From: an uncultured virus (IMG/VR IMGVR_UViG_3300031760_000011)
Lineage: Duplodnaviria > Heunggongvirae > Uroviricota > Caudoviricetes
DNA length: 57,941 nt
IMG/VR virus record: IMGVR_UViG_3300031760_000011
Direction: 5' to 3' (one strand)
Positions 20,801 through 29,237 of this stretch are shown here, in pieces (position 1 is the stretch's first letter; each line of letters starts with the position of its first letter). The notes under the pieces are model-generated. The model did no database searches. It had not been told where the DNA came from and saw only the letters and a program-made list of their open reading frames with translations. Both the position numbers and the translations under genes were made by a program.

Positions 20801-21155
20801 GACTTCCAATATTGAATCCTCCAACTATATCAATAGTACAGGTTTCTACGTTAATCATCTTAGCGATAGTTTTGCCCATACGCTCAGCGATATTATTTAC
20901 GCGGTTAGCATCATTCTCGTCGAGTGTTTGTCCAATCTTAGTTACTGTGATAGACTGGATCTCACTAATATCATGAATGATAGATTCAATGTATTTATTT
21001 TTTCCGAAGTAATCCTCGAAAGTAACGTTGATGATTTTTGTAAGAGCATCCGTTACAGGTTTTAATTTTGCAGATTCATCGACGATTATAGTATTGCGAA
21101 TAGCTGCACAATGCTCTGTCGTTTCAATCAATTCGTCTAAATCAAGGTCAAACAT
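17826..21155 (-). CDS. Internally duplicated zincin/M48-like metallopeptidase-fold protein (probable virion protein)
   Basis: Second half has HELGH (18873-18887), EKFADAFAAAYGLGGEL and HPTSRVR. First half is a degenerate copy (REIGC, YYGLGGEY). Both halves begin with xxxExYFG. Confidence 0.7.
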   Translation of the reverse strand: MFDLDLDELIETTEHCAAIRNTIIVDESAKLKPVTDALTKIINVTFEDYFGKNKYIESIIHDISEIQSITVTKIGQTLDENDANRVNNIAERMGKTIAKMINVETCTIDIVGGFNIGSLPIGTGRIDLTPYKNMTDEDTMKEYNRYEVTSEGVRYVHPESKHLVIVIGISLFANAEMKPEFLAAMIVREIGCSFANYTYGYTIQAQRVTYTITETVDAVISVAQFVNATRDFIKSLPDDIDQLKNITKKKNYIGIKEEDIPMEILKRLNGIIWGDFWGYAVMIIGFIKKVPHLFHDIFVNSKRETITVQQERLERLKKVSSKKLDSHSPFQIFFDCIYQIARVWRMSLAMDAFMAFFQLSYNGEYATLGDKEKKELKKGMWKNVEWKIGAEASRTIGPATSSIVKRVRGESGNKFPAYYGLGGEYAEAMIVFQKLTAAASTEQRGWGALLRDIPIINVGVQLPLLMDTLLEEIKTGRTSSRHQIKKQYDELRKLINDPSIPPKMRQQIMEDMEMVEKAYYKFINPSNQSEDGNAARGFIYFIFRFALKLHKDRKVNEINSAMIGSATYSGSPDIRKELWKTDDKIDEEMLKSINQTVYDSSTITSESAPMFTDEDYKLFNLSITQEAYFGQTQIVAKSIGYIHELRQYITPKASKLKGKEPEIVRDILNKWGKDFAKEFNVESCTVSLDVMYNAYALPTCVGNSRDVKTAANNEIIETGMGYRWKKAEGMTILIAIGTLLIADDKLSDETIVAVIFHELGHGFQQYKRLSPVIAKSQGIYSALVQNLLAIITQCAVLDISGAIANGLITIVSLIVDRFGFSKSRARYAKDFEKETKKITDGSLKYKHTFGLPTWLIDIFNVPKMIVQFLLSLVTAIFYALPIPFLPSMFATILSNPTILVDFILRYVVIKRKKEDEKFADAFAAAYGLGGELGKLFEVIDKMSYESVPQIPLIRHIIEFNMYWTISMMSLTDDHPTSRVRMESIYKSLEDELVNNKAIDQTTRQKIKDDLDSVKTQYDKVYTAAGQSKNGNYGLSFAVFVTNVMLKIKGDSSSLRDPNAPVKTSTKNVKNAIKETIVEHKDSAEALGIGSSPEKVDDVETDFSSEEQSA

Positions 21156-21173
21156 ATTTGCCCTCCTAAAAGT

Positions 21174-21185
21174 TATTCGAGTGTT
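21174..21185 (-). promoter_or_regulatory. AACA-N6-TA promoter motif
   Basis: AACA CTCGAA TA upstream of 21155. Confidence 0.7.
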
Positions 21186-21218
21186 TCCGTATGCTCTACT
21201 ACGTCATTTCAAGCAAAA

Positions 21219-21248
21219 AATAACCCGCACTGGTGTGTGCGGGTTATT
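21219..21248 (-). terminator. Intrinsic terminator
   Basis: 12-bp stem AATAACCCGCAC/GTGCGGGTTATT with a T-run on the minus strand. Confidence 0.85.
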
Positions 21249-21273
21249 AATCCGGAACTTTAGTTGTTAGTCG

Positions 21274-22503
21274 CTAGAACTGCGGCCAGATGGTACCGTT
21301 CTCGTCGTAGTTCTTCTTCAAGCAGATTGCTCCAAAGATACCTGCGGCAATACCTCCGGTTATCAATCCAAATTTGATGCGGTCATTTTTGCGTTTGAGG
21401 TCTTTGCAGCGTTTGCTAAGCCTCTTATTTTTCTTTACCACAATGACCATCTGCTGAGCCTGTTGCGCCATTGCATTCTGCTGCTGAGCATACAGCATTC
21501 TCTGATACTGCATTGCTGCCTGCATCTGGTACATATGCTGGATAGCCTGATTTGCAGCATCAAAGCTTGTACAATTAGTACAGTCTGCAGGAATCTGAGG
21601 ATTTCCCTGAGGCATCTGCATCTGAGGCTGCTGGCACTGTTGACCATTTGGATTACCCCAAGGTTGCTGGAATCCATTGCCAGTCATCTGAGGCTGACTC
21701 CATCCTTCATCAGGATTCACATACGGAGGTACCTGCGAAGCCTGAACCTCTTCGGCAATTTCCGGCATTGATGTTACCTGAGGTTCAGGTTCTGGCTGGG
21801 GGTTCGGAGGAATCTGCTGCTGTGAGATGTTGATGTTTACTTGCTGCTGTCCTTCAGGTTCTTTTGCAGCTTTTTTGTGAATAACTGCTTTAACCTTAGG
21901 AACGGATTCACCAGCATCGGTATTAAGTTCAGGTCTTCCGGGTTCGTTCTGCTGAACTTGCTCGGGTTCAGGTTTTGATGCGTCTGCTTCCGCATTCTCT
22001 ACCGCCTCCTCTTCGGCTTTTGCTTTTGTAGCCGCTGCGATAGCGGCTACTGTTTCATTCGGGATAGCCACAACTCCCGGCTGCTGCTCTGTATCCAAAG
22101 CATTATCGAATGCTTCGGTGCTCTGAGGTGTATCGGCCACCTCATTTTTTTCTTCCGATTTTGTATTTCTTTTAGCCATAGTCGTAATCTCCTTATCAGT
22201 TTTGGCGAGCGTATCCATATACGTCGCAATTTTGTCCTTCATCCTGGTAGATTCTTTCCTCGTGCATCTTCCAGACTTTACCATGTCGTCTATGAAAGCA
22301 AATGCTTTTTCATTAAACGACCCACACTGTTCAGCAATAGGAACGTCGACAGCATTCCTTGTTGCTTCAAACCAGAAACTCTTGAGGTTCTCTTTGATAG
22401 AGTTCTTCACATTCTGATTTGTAACTCTTGCCTGAGCAGCAAGCCTCTCGATAAACCCGTTCACTGACCTGTCAGTTGAAGGGTTGACACCAGGGATCAT
22501 CAT
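21274..22503 (-). CDS. Q/P/E-rich low-complexity protein with C-terminal membrane anchor
   Basis: 409 aa. A basic stretch precedes the hydrophobic FGLITGGIAAGIFGAICL near the C-terminus. Possible second in-frame start at 22179. Confidence 0.75.
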   Translation of the reverse strand: MMIPGVNPSTDRSVNGFIERLAAQARVTNQNVKNSIKENLKSFWFEATRNAVDVPIAEQCGSFNEKAFAFIDDMVKSGRCTRKESTRMKDKIATYMDTLAKTDKEITTMAKRNTKSEEKNEVADTPQSTEAFDNALDTEQQPGVVAIPNETVAAIAAATKAKAEEEAVENAEADASKPEPEQVQQNEPGRPELNTDAGESVPKVKAVIHKKAAKEPEGQQQVNINISQQQIPPNPQPEPEPQVTSMPEIAEEVQASQVPPYVNPDEGWSQPQMTGNGFQQPWGNPNGQQCQQPQMQMPQGNPQIPADCTNCTSFDAANQAIQHMYQMQAAMQYQRMLYAQQQNAMAQQAQQMVIVVKKNKRLSKRCKDLKRKNDRIKFGLITGGIAAGIFGAICLKKNYDENGTIWPQF

Positions 22504-22907
22504 TTGTCAGCCTCCTTTTCCATAACGGTATCAAAGATAGTTTTATCCATCCAAACCTTGTGTTTATTGGCAATTGCAAGCAGACGATTACCAACTTTCT
22601 CAGAAGACCAACTCGTTGAATGACTCATCCATCCAGCGAATCTTCTCGCCCAATCAACGGACGGTGTTTCCCATTTGATGGACTGAGAAATGATTTTCCC
22701 GTCGCTTACATGAAAGATAATCCTGATGTCGTCCGGTACACCAGAAAATATTCTCAATGCATCCGAGGTTTGACGGCGTTCCTGACCGTTGAGCATCTTG
22801 ATTGCCGTCTTCTCAAGAAAGCTCAACTTATCCCCATCCCTAACTTTACCAATCAGAGCGGGGAAGTCTCCGATTGAACGTTCGATGATTGTGATTTTGT
22901 CGCTCAT
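22500..22907 (-). CDS. Hypothetical protein
   Basis: Start MSDKIT at 22907 with AAGGAGG RBS; overlaps the next gene by 4 nt. Confidence 0.75.
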   Translation of the reverse strand: MSDKITIIERSIGDFPALIGKVRDGDKLSFLEKTAIKMLNGQERRQTSDALRIFSGVPDDIRIIFHVSDGKIISQSIKWETPSVDWARRFAGWMSHSTSWSSEKVGNRLLAIANKHKVWMDKTIFDTVMEKEADK

Positions 22908-23011
22908 CGTACGCCTCCTTAAGGTTATGAAGAGTGTGGTTATCCTCACCACAACAGTTTCTGGAGCATAGAAATATCACCGATATTTTCGTCCTAAACT
23001 CCACTTAAATG

Positions 23012-23046
23012 ATGTATAATTCTAACCTTCAAAATATACGATTTTG
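23012..23046 (-). promoter_or_regulatory. Bipartite promoter-like motif CAAAATCGTAT-N17-TATACAT
   Basis: Identical boxes and identical 17-nt spacing recur at 38416-38450; both copies lie directly downstream of a terminator. Confidence 0.65.
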
Positions 23047-23055
23047 CAGAAAAAA

Positions 23056-23077
23056 CGCTGTGGGCGAACCCACAGCG
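23056..23077 (-). terminator. Intrinsic terminator
   Basis: CGCTGTGGG/CCCACAGCG stem, UUCG loop and T6 on the minus strand. Confidence 0.85.
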
Positions 23078-23124
23078 GGAAACAGCATGAACTCTCCGAG
23101 CGAAGAGTATAGTATTGTATATGA

Positions 23125-23838
23125 TTAAATCAAATCATAACGCATACCGTTATGTGATTCAAAGTACGTATCATGAAAAATTCCTTCAGATAATTCACCT
23201 GCATCAGGAAGTAAACTTTCTGGCCAATCTGTAAGTACTTCTCCATTGTCTGACGCGCAAGCTACAAAATGAGGATTTTTCTCTCCTCCTGCTATTTTAA
23301 CCTTAACTCCACGGTGTTCGTACTTGGTGGCTCTCTCATTGTCTGTAAACTGAATATCTCCATTTGCTTCCAACTCGGCAATACGTTTATCTACGTCAAT
23401 ACCGTCACTGTCAAGAGTTTCAGGAGTAGCATCTTTTGGGATGTACTGCTTGGCATTTTCCAAGAAGAGTCTGTTGAATTCTTTTGCGAGTGCTGTAAGG
23501 TCAGCATTGCTATCCGCCTTATTACGGCTTTGAGCCATTTTGGATATCTGAATCTTTGCACTAAGTACCTGATTAATTGAAGATGCTTTAGCGCTTCTGA
23601 GAGTAGCTAACGTCTCCATTTCGTTGCTAGCAAGAGTCGTCATTCCACGACCCATCATAGCACGACGCTCAGGGTCAAAAAAGAAATCATTAAGATTACT
23701 CTCGATATTGCCTGCTAGACGTTCGATTTTATCAGCGTTCTCATAGAGCTCTTCCAAATCGCTACGGAAAAACTCGGGTGATGATACTGCATCATCAGTC
23801 ATTGTCTCAGGAAGTCTAGCCTTTCTAGCGTTTGCCAT
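23125..23838 (-). CDS. Hypothetical protein
   Basis: 237 aa ORF, GGAGG RBS, helical N-terminal half. Confidence 0.75.
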   Translation of the reverse strand: MANARKARLPETMTDDAVSSPEFFRSDLEELYENADKIERLAGNIESNLNDFFFDPERRAMMGRGMTTLASNEMETLATLRSAKASSINQVLSAKIQISKMAQSRNKADSNADLTALAKEFNRLFLENAKQYIPKDATPETLDSDGIDVDKRIAELEANGDIQFTDNERATKYEHRGVKVKIAGGEKNPHFVACASDNGEVLTDWPESLLPDAGELSEGIFHDTYFESHNGMRYDLI

Positions 23839-23855
23839 ATTTCCTCCAAAAATAA

Positions 23856-23878
23856 GTTCTGGCGTTATCCGCCAGAAC
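23856..23878 (-). terminator. Intrinsic terminator
   Basis: GTTCTGGCG/CGCCAGAAC stem, then TTATTTTT on the minus strand. Confidence 0.75.
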
Positions 23879-23899
23879 CTTAGAGCGTAACTTGATTAA

Positions 23900-24214
23900 T
23901 TATTTCGCTTTGTCGGCTGGTGCCGGAGCAGCGATACCGAGGATGTCAGGTTCATCAACCAGATGGTACCGCGTCTCTGCGATTGTGAGCTCGTACGCGT
24001 TTGATGGGTCATAAACAACCTTGGTTCCGATTTTGATATTTGGATTGTCAACCTGGTCAATGCCAGAAACATCACCGACAGCCATCTTGCGCAAAGACTT
24101 CTCAGAAACGTTCTGTGGGAGAATGATTCCGCTTTTTGTTTGCGCTTCTTTTGGTGCTGGTGCCTTAATCAAAATACGGTTTCCTGCAGGTATGAAACTC
24201 ATAAGCTCGTCCAT
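23900..24214 (-). CDS. groES: Co-chaperonin GroES (Cpn10)
   Basis: FIPAGNRILIK, the mobile loop TKSGIILP, IKIGTKVVY and YHLVDEPDILGI. Start MDELMSF at 24214 with GGAGG RBS. Confidence 0.88.
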   Translation of the reverse strand: MDELMSFIPAGNRILIKAPAPKEAQTKSGIILPQNVSEKSLRKMAVGDVSGIDQVDNPNIKIGTKVVYDPSNAYELTIAETRYHLVDEPDILGIAAPAPADKAK

Positions 24215-24245
24215 AATAGAACCTCCAATATAGGTAAATGAATAT

Positions 24246-24926
24246 TTACAGCTCGGTTGAGCCGTTGCACTTAAGATTTCCAAATATTTCTATCTGGTTA
24301 TAAATGCGGTTATTTTTTGAAAGTTTGAATAAGTCTGCTGGAGTAATCAAGCGACCGCGAGTCATCCGAAACTCAATACCGAATGTCCAGACACGCTTCC
24401 AGAACGGAGGCCAATGTGTGAAGATGTCTTTCTGATACTTGATATCATAGACGGAGTTACAAATTGACTTGACGTAATCAACTGAGTCTGTATCCTTGAG
24501 CTGGTTTGGTGAGCCAATTAATACCAAATTGGGGCGCGGCATACTTTCAAACTGCCAAAAAAGATCGACAGCAGCAATCATTGCGATAGGCCCGCCGAAT
24601 GACCATCCCACAATACTGAAGTTACATCCGGAATGTGTTTTCAAAGCACCTTCAATAGTGCAGATAACGTCATCACAGATAGGTTTCCAGATATCGTAGA
24701 ATAGTTTGCTGACCTTTATTTTATTCGTCCCATTTGATATAGTGACGCTTGATTTTAGCAACATGAGAAGTTCGCGGAACCTGATATCGCGATTTCCCAT
24801 AAACATGAGCCTCAGGGTATTACAAGATTTATCATACTCGTAGCTCCATTTGACAATTTTGTCCGCTTCATCATCGAACCAATACTTTTTGTTTGTCATA
24901 TGGCTATAAAGTTGATTGTACTTCAT
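24246..24926 (-). CDS. Class-3 lipase-like alpha/beta hydrolase
   Basis: Nucleophile elbow IVGWSFGGPIA (GxSxGG), IGSP and DIFTHWPP. Start MKYNQ at 24926 with GGAGG RBS. Confidence 0.75.
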   Translation of the reverse strand: MKYNQLYSHMTNKKYWFDDEADKIVKWSYEYDKSCNTLRLMFMGNRDIRFRELLMLLKSSVTISNGTNKIKVSKLFYDIWKPICDDVICTIEGALKTHSGCNFSIVGWSFGGPIAMIAAVDLFWQFESMPRPNLVLIGSPNQLKDTDSVDYVKSICNSVYDIKYQKDIFTHWPPFWKRVWTFGIEFRMTRGRLITPADLFKLSKNNRIYNQIEIFGNLKCNGSTEL

Positions 24927-24992
24927 AATAGCCCTCCAATAACACTGTGATTTACTAGATGTTTTCAGCAAATCACAGTGCCTTCAGAGAGT

Positions 24993-26042
24993 TTAGAATT
25001 TACTTATGATTTCTACTCCGTGGTTGTCAATCAAATCAGTAAGCAAATGATTGAAAACACATTCCAAGAACGCAGATACTGTATGAATCTGAATCACACA
25101 GTAGTTCTGGATATTCTCAGTACGCTCGCCTTCAGCATTGACTTTAGAGCTAGTTACATTGTAAATCGTGAAAAGTCTGTTGCAGCTTGCACGGATGAAT
25201 GTGTTGTAGGTGTCAATGAATGTGTGTGAAGTGTCCTTGAGTCCTTTGATTTCCAAATCTTCAGAACTCTCAGGCAAGCTGAGTATTTCGCATTCCTTCA
25301 GCTTCGTGATGAGTAAATCAATCAGCTTGGTTTCCTTTAACTGAATCTCGTTATCAGAAATCTTGAGCTTGATGATATATTCGCCTTTCATTGTCGGAGC
25401 GCGAGTTCTCAAGTTCGGGTCAAGGTCAATGACATTGTAGTTCTTCTGATAGTGACGATTCGAGTTTTCGTTAGGATTAGCAGTTGTCTTCAAGAAACCT
25501 TCGAATGTAACTGTAGCGGACGGTTCCGCCTCGTAATGATTCTGAAGCATCTTCATGATGGTTTCAGTCAAGTCATTGTGAGTTGCCGAAATCTCGTAGA
25601 TGGTCATATTGTACATGTACTGATTTGTCTCAGGCGTGTACACGTTAAGTTCGAGCTTTGATATGTAAAAAAGCCGAGGCATTCCTACACCGAACTCAGC
25701 GTCTTGGAACGCCGCATATTCAGTCACATTGCCTTTAAGAATCGGAAAGGTTTCTTTATCTTCTCCTTCAGGATAATCTGCAGAGCAAAGTTTCTGCAAA
25801 CGTTCCTTAAAACCGTCACTGAATGTATACAAGTCGAACTTGTATTTCTCAGTACCAGTGTTACTGATAGGTTCCTGGTCTTTGGTACACATGAAGAGTA
25901 CGCTCGGCAACCCAGAGAGTGTGTCACGTACTACATCACGTGCGGCAACTGGATTTGATACGAAGAGCGACGTGTCTTTTCCGGTATATTTTCCTTTGAG
26001 AATGATTGTGTAGAAAGCGTACTGATATTCTTCGCTTTTCAT
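24993..26042 (-). CDS. Hypothetical protein
   Basis: 349 aa, translationally coupled to the upstream RNAP beta-N gene. Confidence 0.75.
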   Translation of the reverse strand: MKSEEYQYAFYTIILKGKYTGKDTSLFVSNPVAARDVVRDTLSGLPSVLFMCTKDQEPISNTGTEKYKFDLYTFSDGFKERLQKLCSADYPEGEDKETFPILKGNVTEYAAFQDAEFGVGMPRLFYISKLELNVYTPETNQYMYNMTIYEISATHNDLTETIMKMLQNHYEAEPSATVTFEGFLKTTANPNENSNRHYQKNYNVIDLDPNLRTRAPTMKGEYIIKLKISDNEIQLKETKLIDLLITKLKECEILSLPESSEDLEIKGLKDTSHTFIDTYNTFIRASCNRLFTIYNVTSSKVNAEGERTENIQNYCVIQIHTVSAFLECVFNHLLTDLIDNHGVEIISKF

Positions 26043-27563
26043 TTAGTCCTCCGTATAGTTTGACGGTTTCTTGAAGAATCCGTTGTATACTTGTGCGAAT
26101 GGTGTAAAGCATCCTGTTGCACCAGGGTCACCTGCACCAGATGTATTGAGTGAAATATTTCCAATCATCGTTGGACTCTGCGCACGCTGACTTAGTGACA
26201 GTGAGTTCGACCTTGCTGTCTTGCGTGTAGTTGTACTCGGTGCATTGAGAGTCCATTTGAGCGCAATATTGAAAAGGTTCATATCGTTGACAGAGTCAGC
26301 ATACTTTGTGTTATTGCTATTGATGATACTCTTGATGAGAATATCAGAGCTCTGTTCGATATGCTTCTTATTCTTGGCGTCCATACTGAACTTGTACGGA
26401 AGTGTAAGAACTTCCTCGAACTTCTGCGGTGTCTTGAAGCGGTCGCGTGAATGTGTAACACGATGCATCTTTGTCATGATACGGCGCACAATCGGAGCAA
26501 TCTGGTACTCAGAAAGCCTGATGCGTTTATTGTAGATTGATGTATTGTCACGATACATGAGTTTCGTGAAGTTGATAAACATCCAGCGGAGAACTTCGTA
26601 GATATCTTTCTTATCGACCTCTTCAAAGTTCTTGACATTTTCGCGGGTGATAGAGTCATACTGTCTCTTGAATGATTCAAGGAACAGGTCGACTTTCTTA
26701 TTCTTCGACGCCTTTTGTTTGGCGAAGTTTGTACCGAGCTTCTCGTACTTCCACCAGTCAGCATTGCAGAGTTCATTGATAGTAATATTCTTTCCGCACG
26801 CATCGAGAATACATCCAACCAATGTGCGACAGTCAACGCTATTTTCAAGCATAACTGTCGGAACCTTGAGGAAGATATTTTCTGATATATAGAAGAACTT
26901 GAAGTTTGGGTCTGTTTTATTGACTTTATCCGAAGACACAATCGTAAAGACTGTACCGTTACCCTCAAAGAACTTGAGAGTTCTGAAGAACCCCATACAT
27001 CCGAAGAAGAATGTAAGGAAGTTCACGTGTTTTTTCTGAATATCGGTGTACATTACGAATGAGTTGTACTGCTTGCTATTTACATCTACGATTGTCGTAG
27101 GAACACGAGTAAGTACAACAGGCAACCCAAGACACTTGAGCGTGAGCGAGTTGTTGCGGTGGAATGTGGTGCTATCGAGCAGCTGAACCACAGGATAATA
27201 ACGAGTATCATTTATGTAATAATACTCACCATTGATGAGATTCGGAATTTCGATGACCATATTCTTGTAGAACGTTTCTTTTTCTCCAAGCTTATTGGTG
27301 CCTGAAACTTTGAACTTGTAAGCAACGCAATAAATATTGCTGTCGTGAAGCTGAACGAACTCTGATGGGAACTCCTTTCTTTGGTCGATAACCTCATATC
27401 CGAGGTATTCGATGTTCGGGCGCATTGTGTAGTCTATAATCTTACACAATTCTTCGAGCGTCTTAATCATGCTGTCGTCCGTTCTAAACTTCGAGATGAT
27501 ATTAGAGTCGAATACATTGTGCTTTGATGATAAAGCTACAAAATTATCCATTGGTGATACCAC
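26043..27563 (-). CDS. rpoB: Phage multisubunit RNA polymerase beta N-terminal subunit (AR9 gp105/phiKZ gp123-like, non-virion RNAP)
   Basis: IEIPNLINGEYYYINDTRYYPVVQL, KRIRLSEY and the C-terminal IGNISLNTSGAGDPGATGCFTPF match the beta-N pattern. GTG start with GGAGG RBS. Confidence 0.85.
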   Translation of the reverse strand: MVSPMDNFVALSSKHNVFDSNIISKFRTDDSMIKTLEELCKIIDYTMRPNIEYLGYEVIDQRKEFPSEFVQLHDSNIYCVAYKFKVSGTNKLGEKETFYKNMVIEIPNLINGEYYYINDTRYYPVVQLLDSTTFHRNNSLTLKCLGLPVVLTRVPTTIVDVNSKQYNSFVMYTDIQKKHVNFLTFFFGCMGFFRTLKFFEGNGTVFTIVSSDKVNKTDPNFKFFYISENIFLKVPTVMLENSVDCRTLVGCILDACGKNITINELCNADWWKYEKLGTNFAKQKASKNKKVDLFLESFKRQYDSITRENVKNFEEVDKKDIYEVLRWMFINFTKLMYRDNTSIYNKRIRLSEYQIAPIVRRIMTKMHRVTHSRDRFKTPQKFEEVLTLPYKFSMDAKNKKHIEQSSDILIKSIINSNNTKYADSVNDMNLFNIALKWTLNAPSTTTRKTARSNSLSLSQRAQSPTMIGNISLNTSGAGDPGATGCFTPFAQVYNGFFKKPSNYTED

Positions 27564-27587
27564 TTTTTCCTCCTTAAGGATAAAAGA

Positions 27588-27599
27588 TATAATGTTGTT
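27588..27599 (-). promoter_or_regulatory. AACA-N6-TA promoter motif
   Basis: AACA ACATTA TA upstream of the beta-N gene. Confidence 0.65.
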
Positions 27600-27605
27600 A
27601 AAATG

Positions 27606-27761
27606 CTATTTAGATTCTAATTTCTTAGACCTAATCTCTGAGATTTTCTCTTCGACGATGCATACAAGCACAAATAAGAATATCAGAGTTATTCCAATAA
27701 GTGCAATTCTTCCGATAAATAACGGAAACTTTACCCAAATGATTTCTAAAAGTTTAGACAT
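27606..27761 (-). CDS. 51-aa single-pass membrane protein
   Basis: Not in ORF track. MSKLLEIIWVKFPLFIGRIALIGITLIFLFVLVCIVEEKISEIRSKKLESK, with GGAGG RBS. Confidence 0.65.
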   Translation of the reverse strand: MSKLLEIIWVKFPLFIGRIALIGITLIFLFVLVCIVEEKISEIRSKKLESK

Positions 27762-27787
27762 TCATTTTACCTCCAAAAATATTATAT

Positions 27788-28342
27788 ATGAATAGCAAAT
27801 TATTTGACGTTACACCGATGATTATTATTCATCGGGAGCATTGTCGTGATATTGACACTATCGACGAGATATTCGATGAGATTTCCAGCACATACCCAAA
27901 GTTCAGAGATTGGTTTAGAGATACTTGCGTAGATAGAGACTGCATTGTAGCAAGAACGCAATCTAAGCAAATCGTGGGTATCCTCATTTATGCAAAAAAG
28001 ATCCTGCGGACGCTGCCGCAGGATTATTGTAAACTTGGTTATCAAGACCATATGTACAAGATTTGCACATTTATGGTTCACAAAGATTATCGTAATGGTC
28101 ATATGAGTTATGCTTTATATCAAGCATTTAGAAACGAAGTTAATCGCGATGACTGGATTGAATATGTCTCAATATATGACGAGAAGCTTCCGGCAACTGT
28201 AAAGTTTTTCGAATCTCTTGGATTTGAACGATTTACTTCAAAGAAAAGAACTGGAGAAACTTACTTTATAAATGAAGTCTCTCCAAAGTTCTATCATCGA
28301 ATAACTGTTGAAATTTCAGTTACACTGCCACAGGAAGCTTAA
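27788..28342 (+). CDS. GNAT-family acetyltransferase
   Basis: IVGILI, KICTFMVHKDYRNGHMS (motif A) and FFESLGF (motif B). Confidence 0.75.
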   Translation: MNSKLFDVTPMIIIHREHCRDIDTIDEIFDEISSTYPKFRDWFRDTCVDRDCIVARTQSKQIVGILIYAKKILRTLPQDYCKLGYQDHMYKICTFMVHKDYRNGHMSYALYQAFRNEVNRDDWIEYVSIYDEKLPATVKFFESLGFERFTSKKRTGETYFINEVSPKFYHRITVEISVTLPQEA

Positions 28343-29237
28343 AATCGTTTTCTTTATCATACTCGTATTTGTACGGTACAGTTTCGTGTTCTACTGGGTT
28401 TGCAGGGTAACCTGCAAACTCTGTTTCGCCTAGCGAGTTACCGAGCTTGATATCATCGAGAGTGAAGTCGTAGAAGTTCTTTACACTCTTTCTAAGCAGC
28501 AGTTGCGGTGCGCGTCTTACTTTCGGTATCGTATTGATAATTTTCTTTGCAAACTCTTCGTGACGGTCATAAATATGACAATCTGCAATAACGTGCTTGA
28601 ACGTCTTAGGAATGAATCCAGTAACGTGAGCAATCATGCACTGAAGAGCTGCGTACTGAACTGTATTCCAACCATTGGCAACCATCATATCCTGACTACG
28701 CTGAAGGAGCATCATATTCAGATATGGTCCTTCGGTAATCCAGATTGTGCTGTAAGCGCATGGAGCAAGACCCATTTCTTTGATGTCGTGTGGATTCCAA
28801 ACAGTCGTCATGATGCGGCGAGAACCTTTATTGTGAGTCAAATCCCAGATGAGTTTATCTGTCTGGTCAAGAACTCCACCGTTATTATCACCCCAGTCAT
28901 ATTTTACACCCATCTGATATCCATAGGCTTTTCCGATGCTTCCAGACTCATTAGCCCAAGCATCCCAAATGTGTGATTTTAAGTCATGAACGTTATTGGA
29001 CTTCTTCTGGAAAATCCAGAGGATTTCTTCGACCGCACTTTTAATTGGAACTTTGCGGACTGTGAGAATCGGGAACTCATAAGTTAAATCATACTCATCC
29101 ATCTGACCAAAGATTTTCTTGGTATGCGCTGGAGTTCCATCTTCCCACTTAGGACGAACTTCGTCGTTTACATCTGAGTACCCATCGTTCATAATCTTTG
29201 CCAGATTAGCCATGAAATAATTGTCTGCTATAGTCAT
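28320..29237 (-). CDS. thyA: Thymidylate synthase
   Basis: IWDAWA, GKAYG, SRRIM, catalytic PC, QRSQD, dUMP-specifying Asn (GWN) and HIYDRH. VRPKWEDGTPAHT resembles Firmicutes/clostridial ThyA. Confidence 0.95.
   Translation of the reverse strand: MTIADNYFMANLAKIMNDGYSDVNDEVRPKWEDGTPAHTKKIFGQMDEYDLTYEFPILTVRKVPIKSAVEEILWIFQKKSNNVHDLKSHIWDAWANESGSIGKAYGYQMGVKYDWGDNNGGVLDQTDKLIWDLTHNKGSRRIMTTVWNPHDIKEMGLAPCAYSTIWITEGPYLNMMLLQRSQDMMVANGWNTVQYAALQCMIAHVTGFIPKTFKHVIADCHIYDRHEEFAKKIINTIPKVRRAPQLLLRKSVKNFYDFTLDDIKLGNSLGETEFAGYPANPVEHETVPYKYEYDKENDFKLPVAV

Noticed and set aside
28320..29237. ThyA as a dCMP/dUMP hydroxymethylase for base modification
   Set aside because: It looks like a full canonical bacterial-type ThyA with the dUMP-specifying Asn, and no glycosyltransferase or other modification genes are adjacent.
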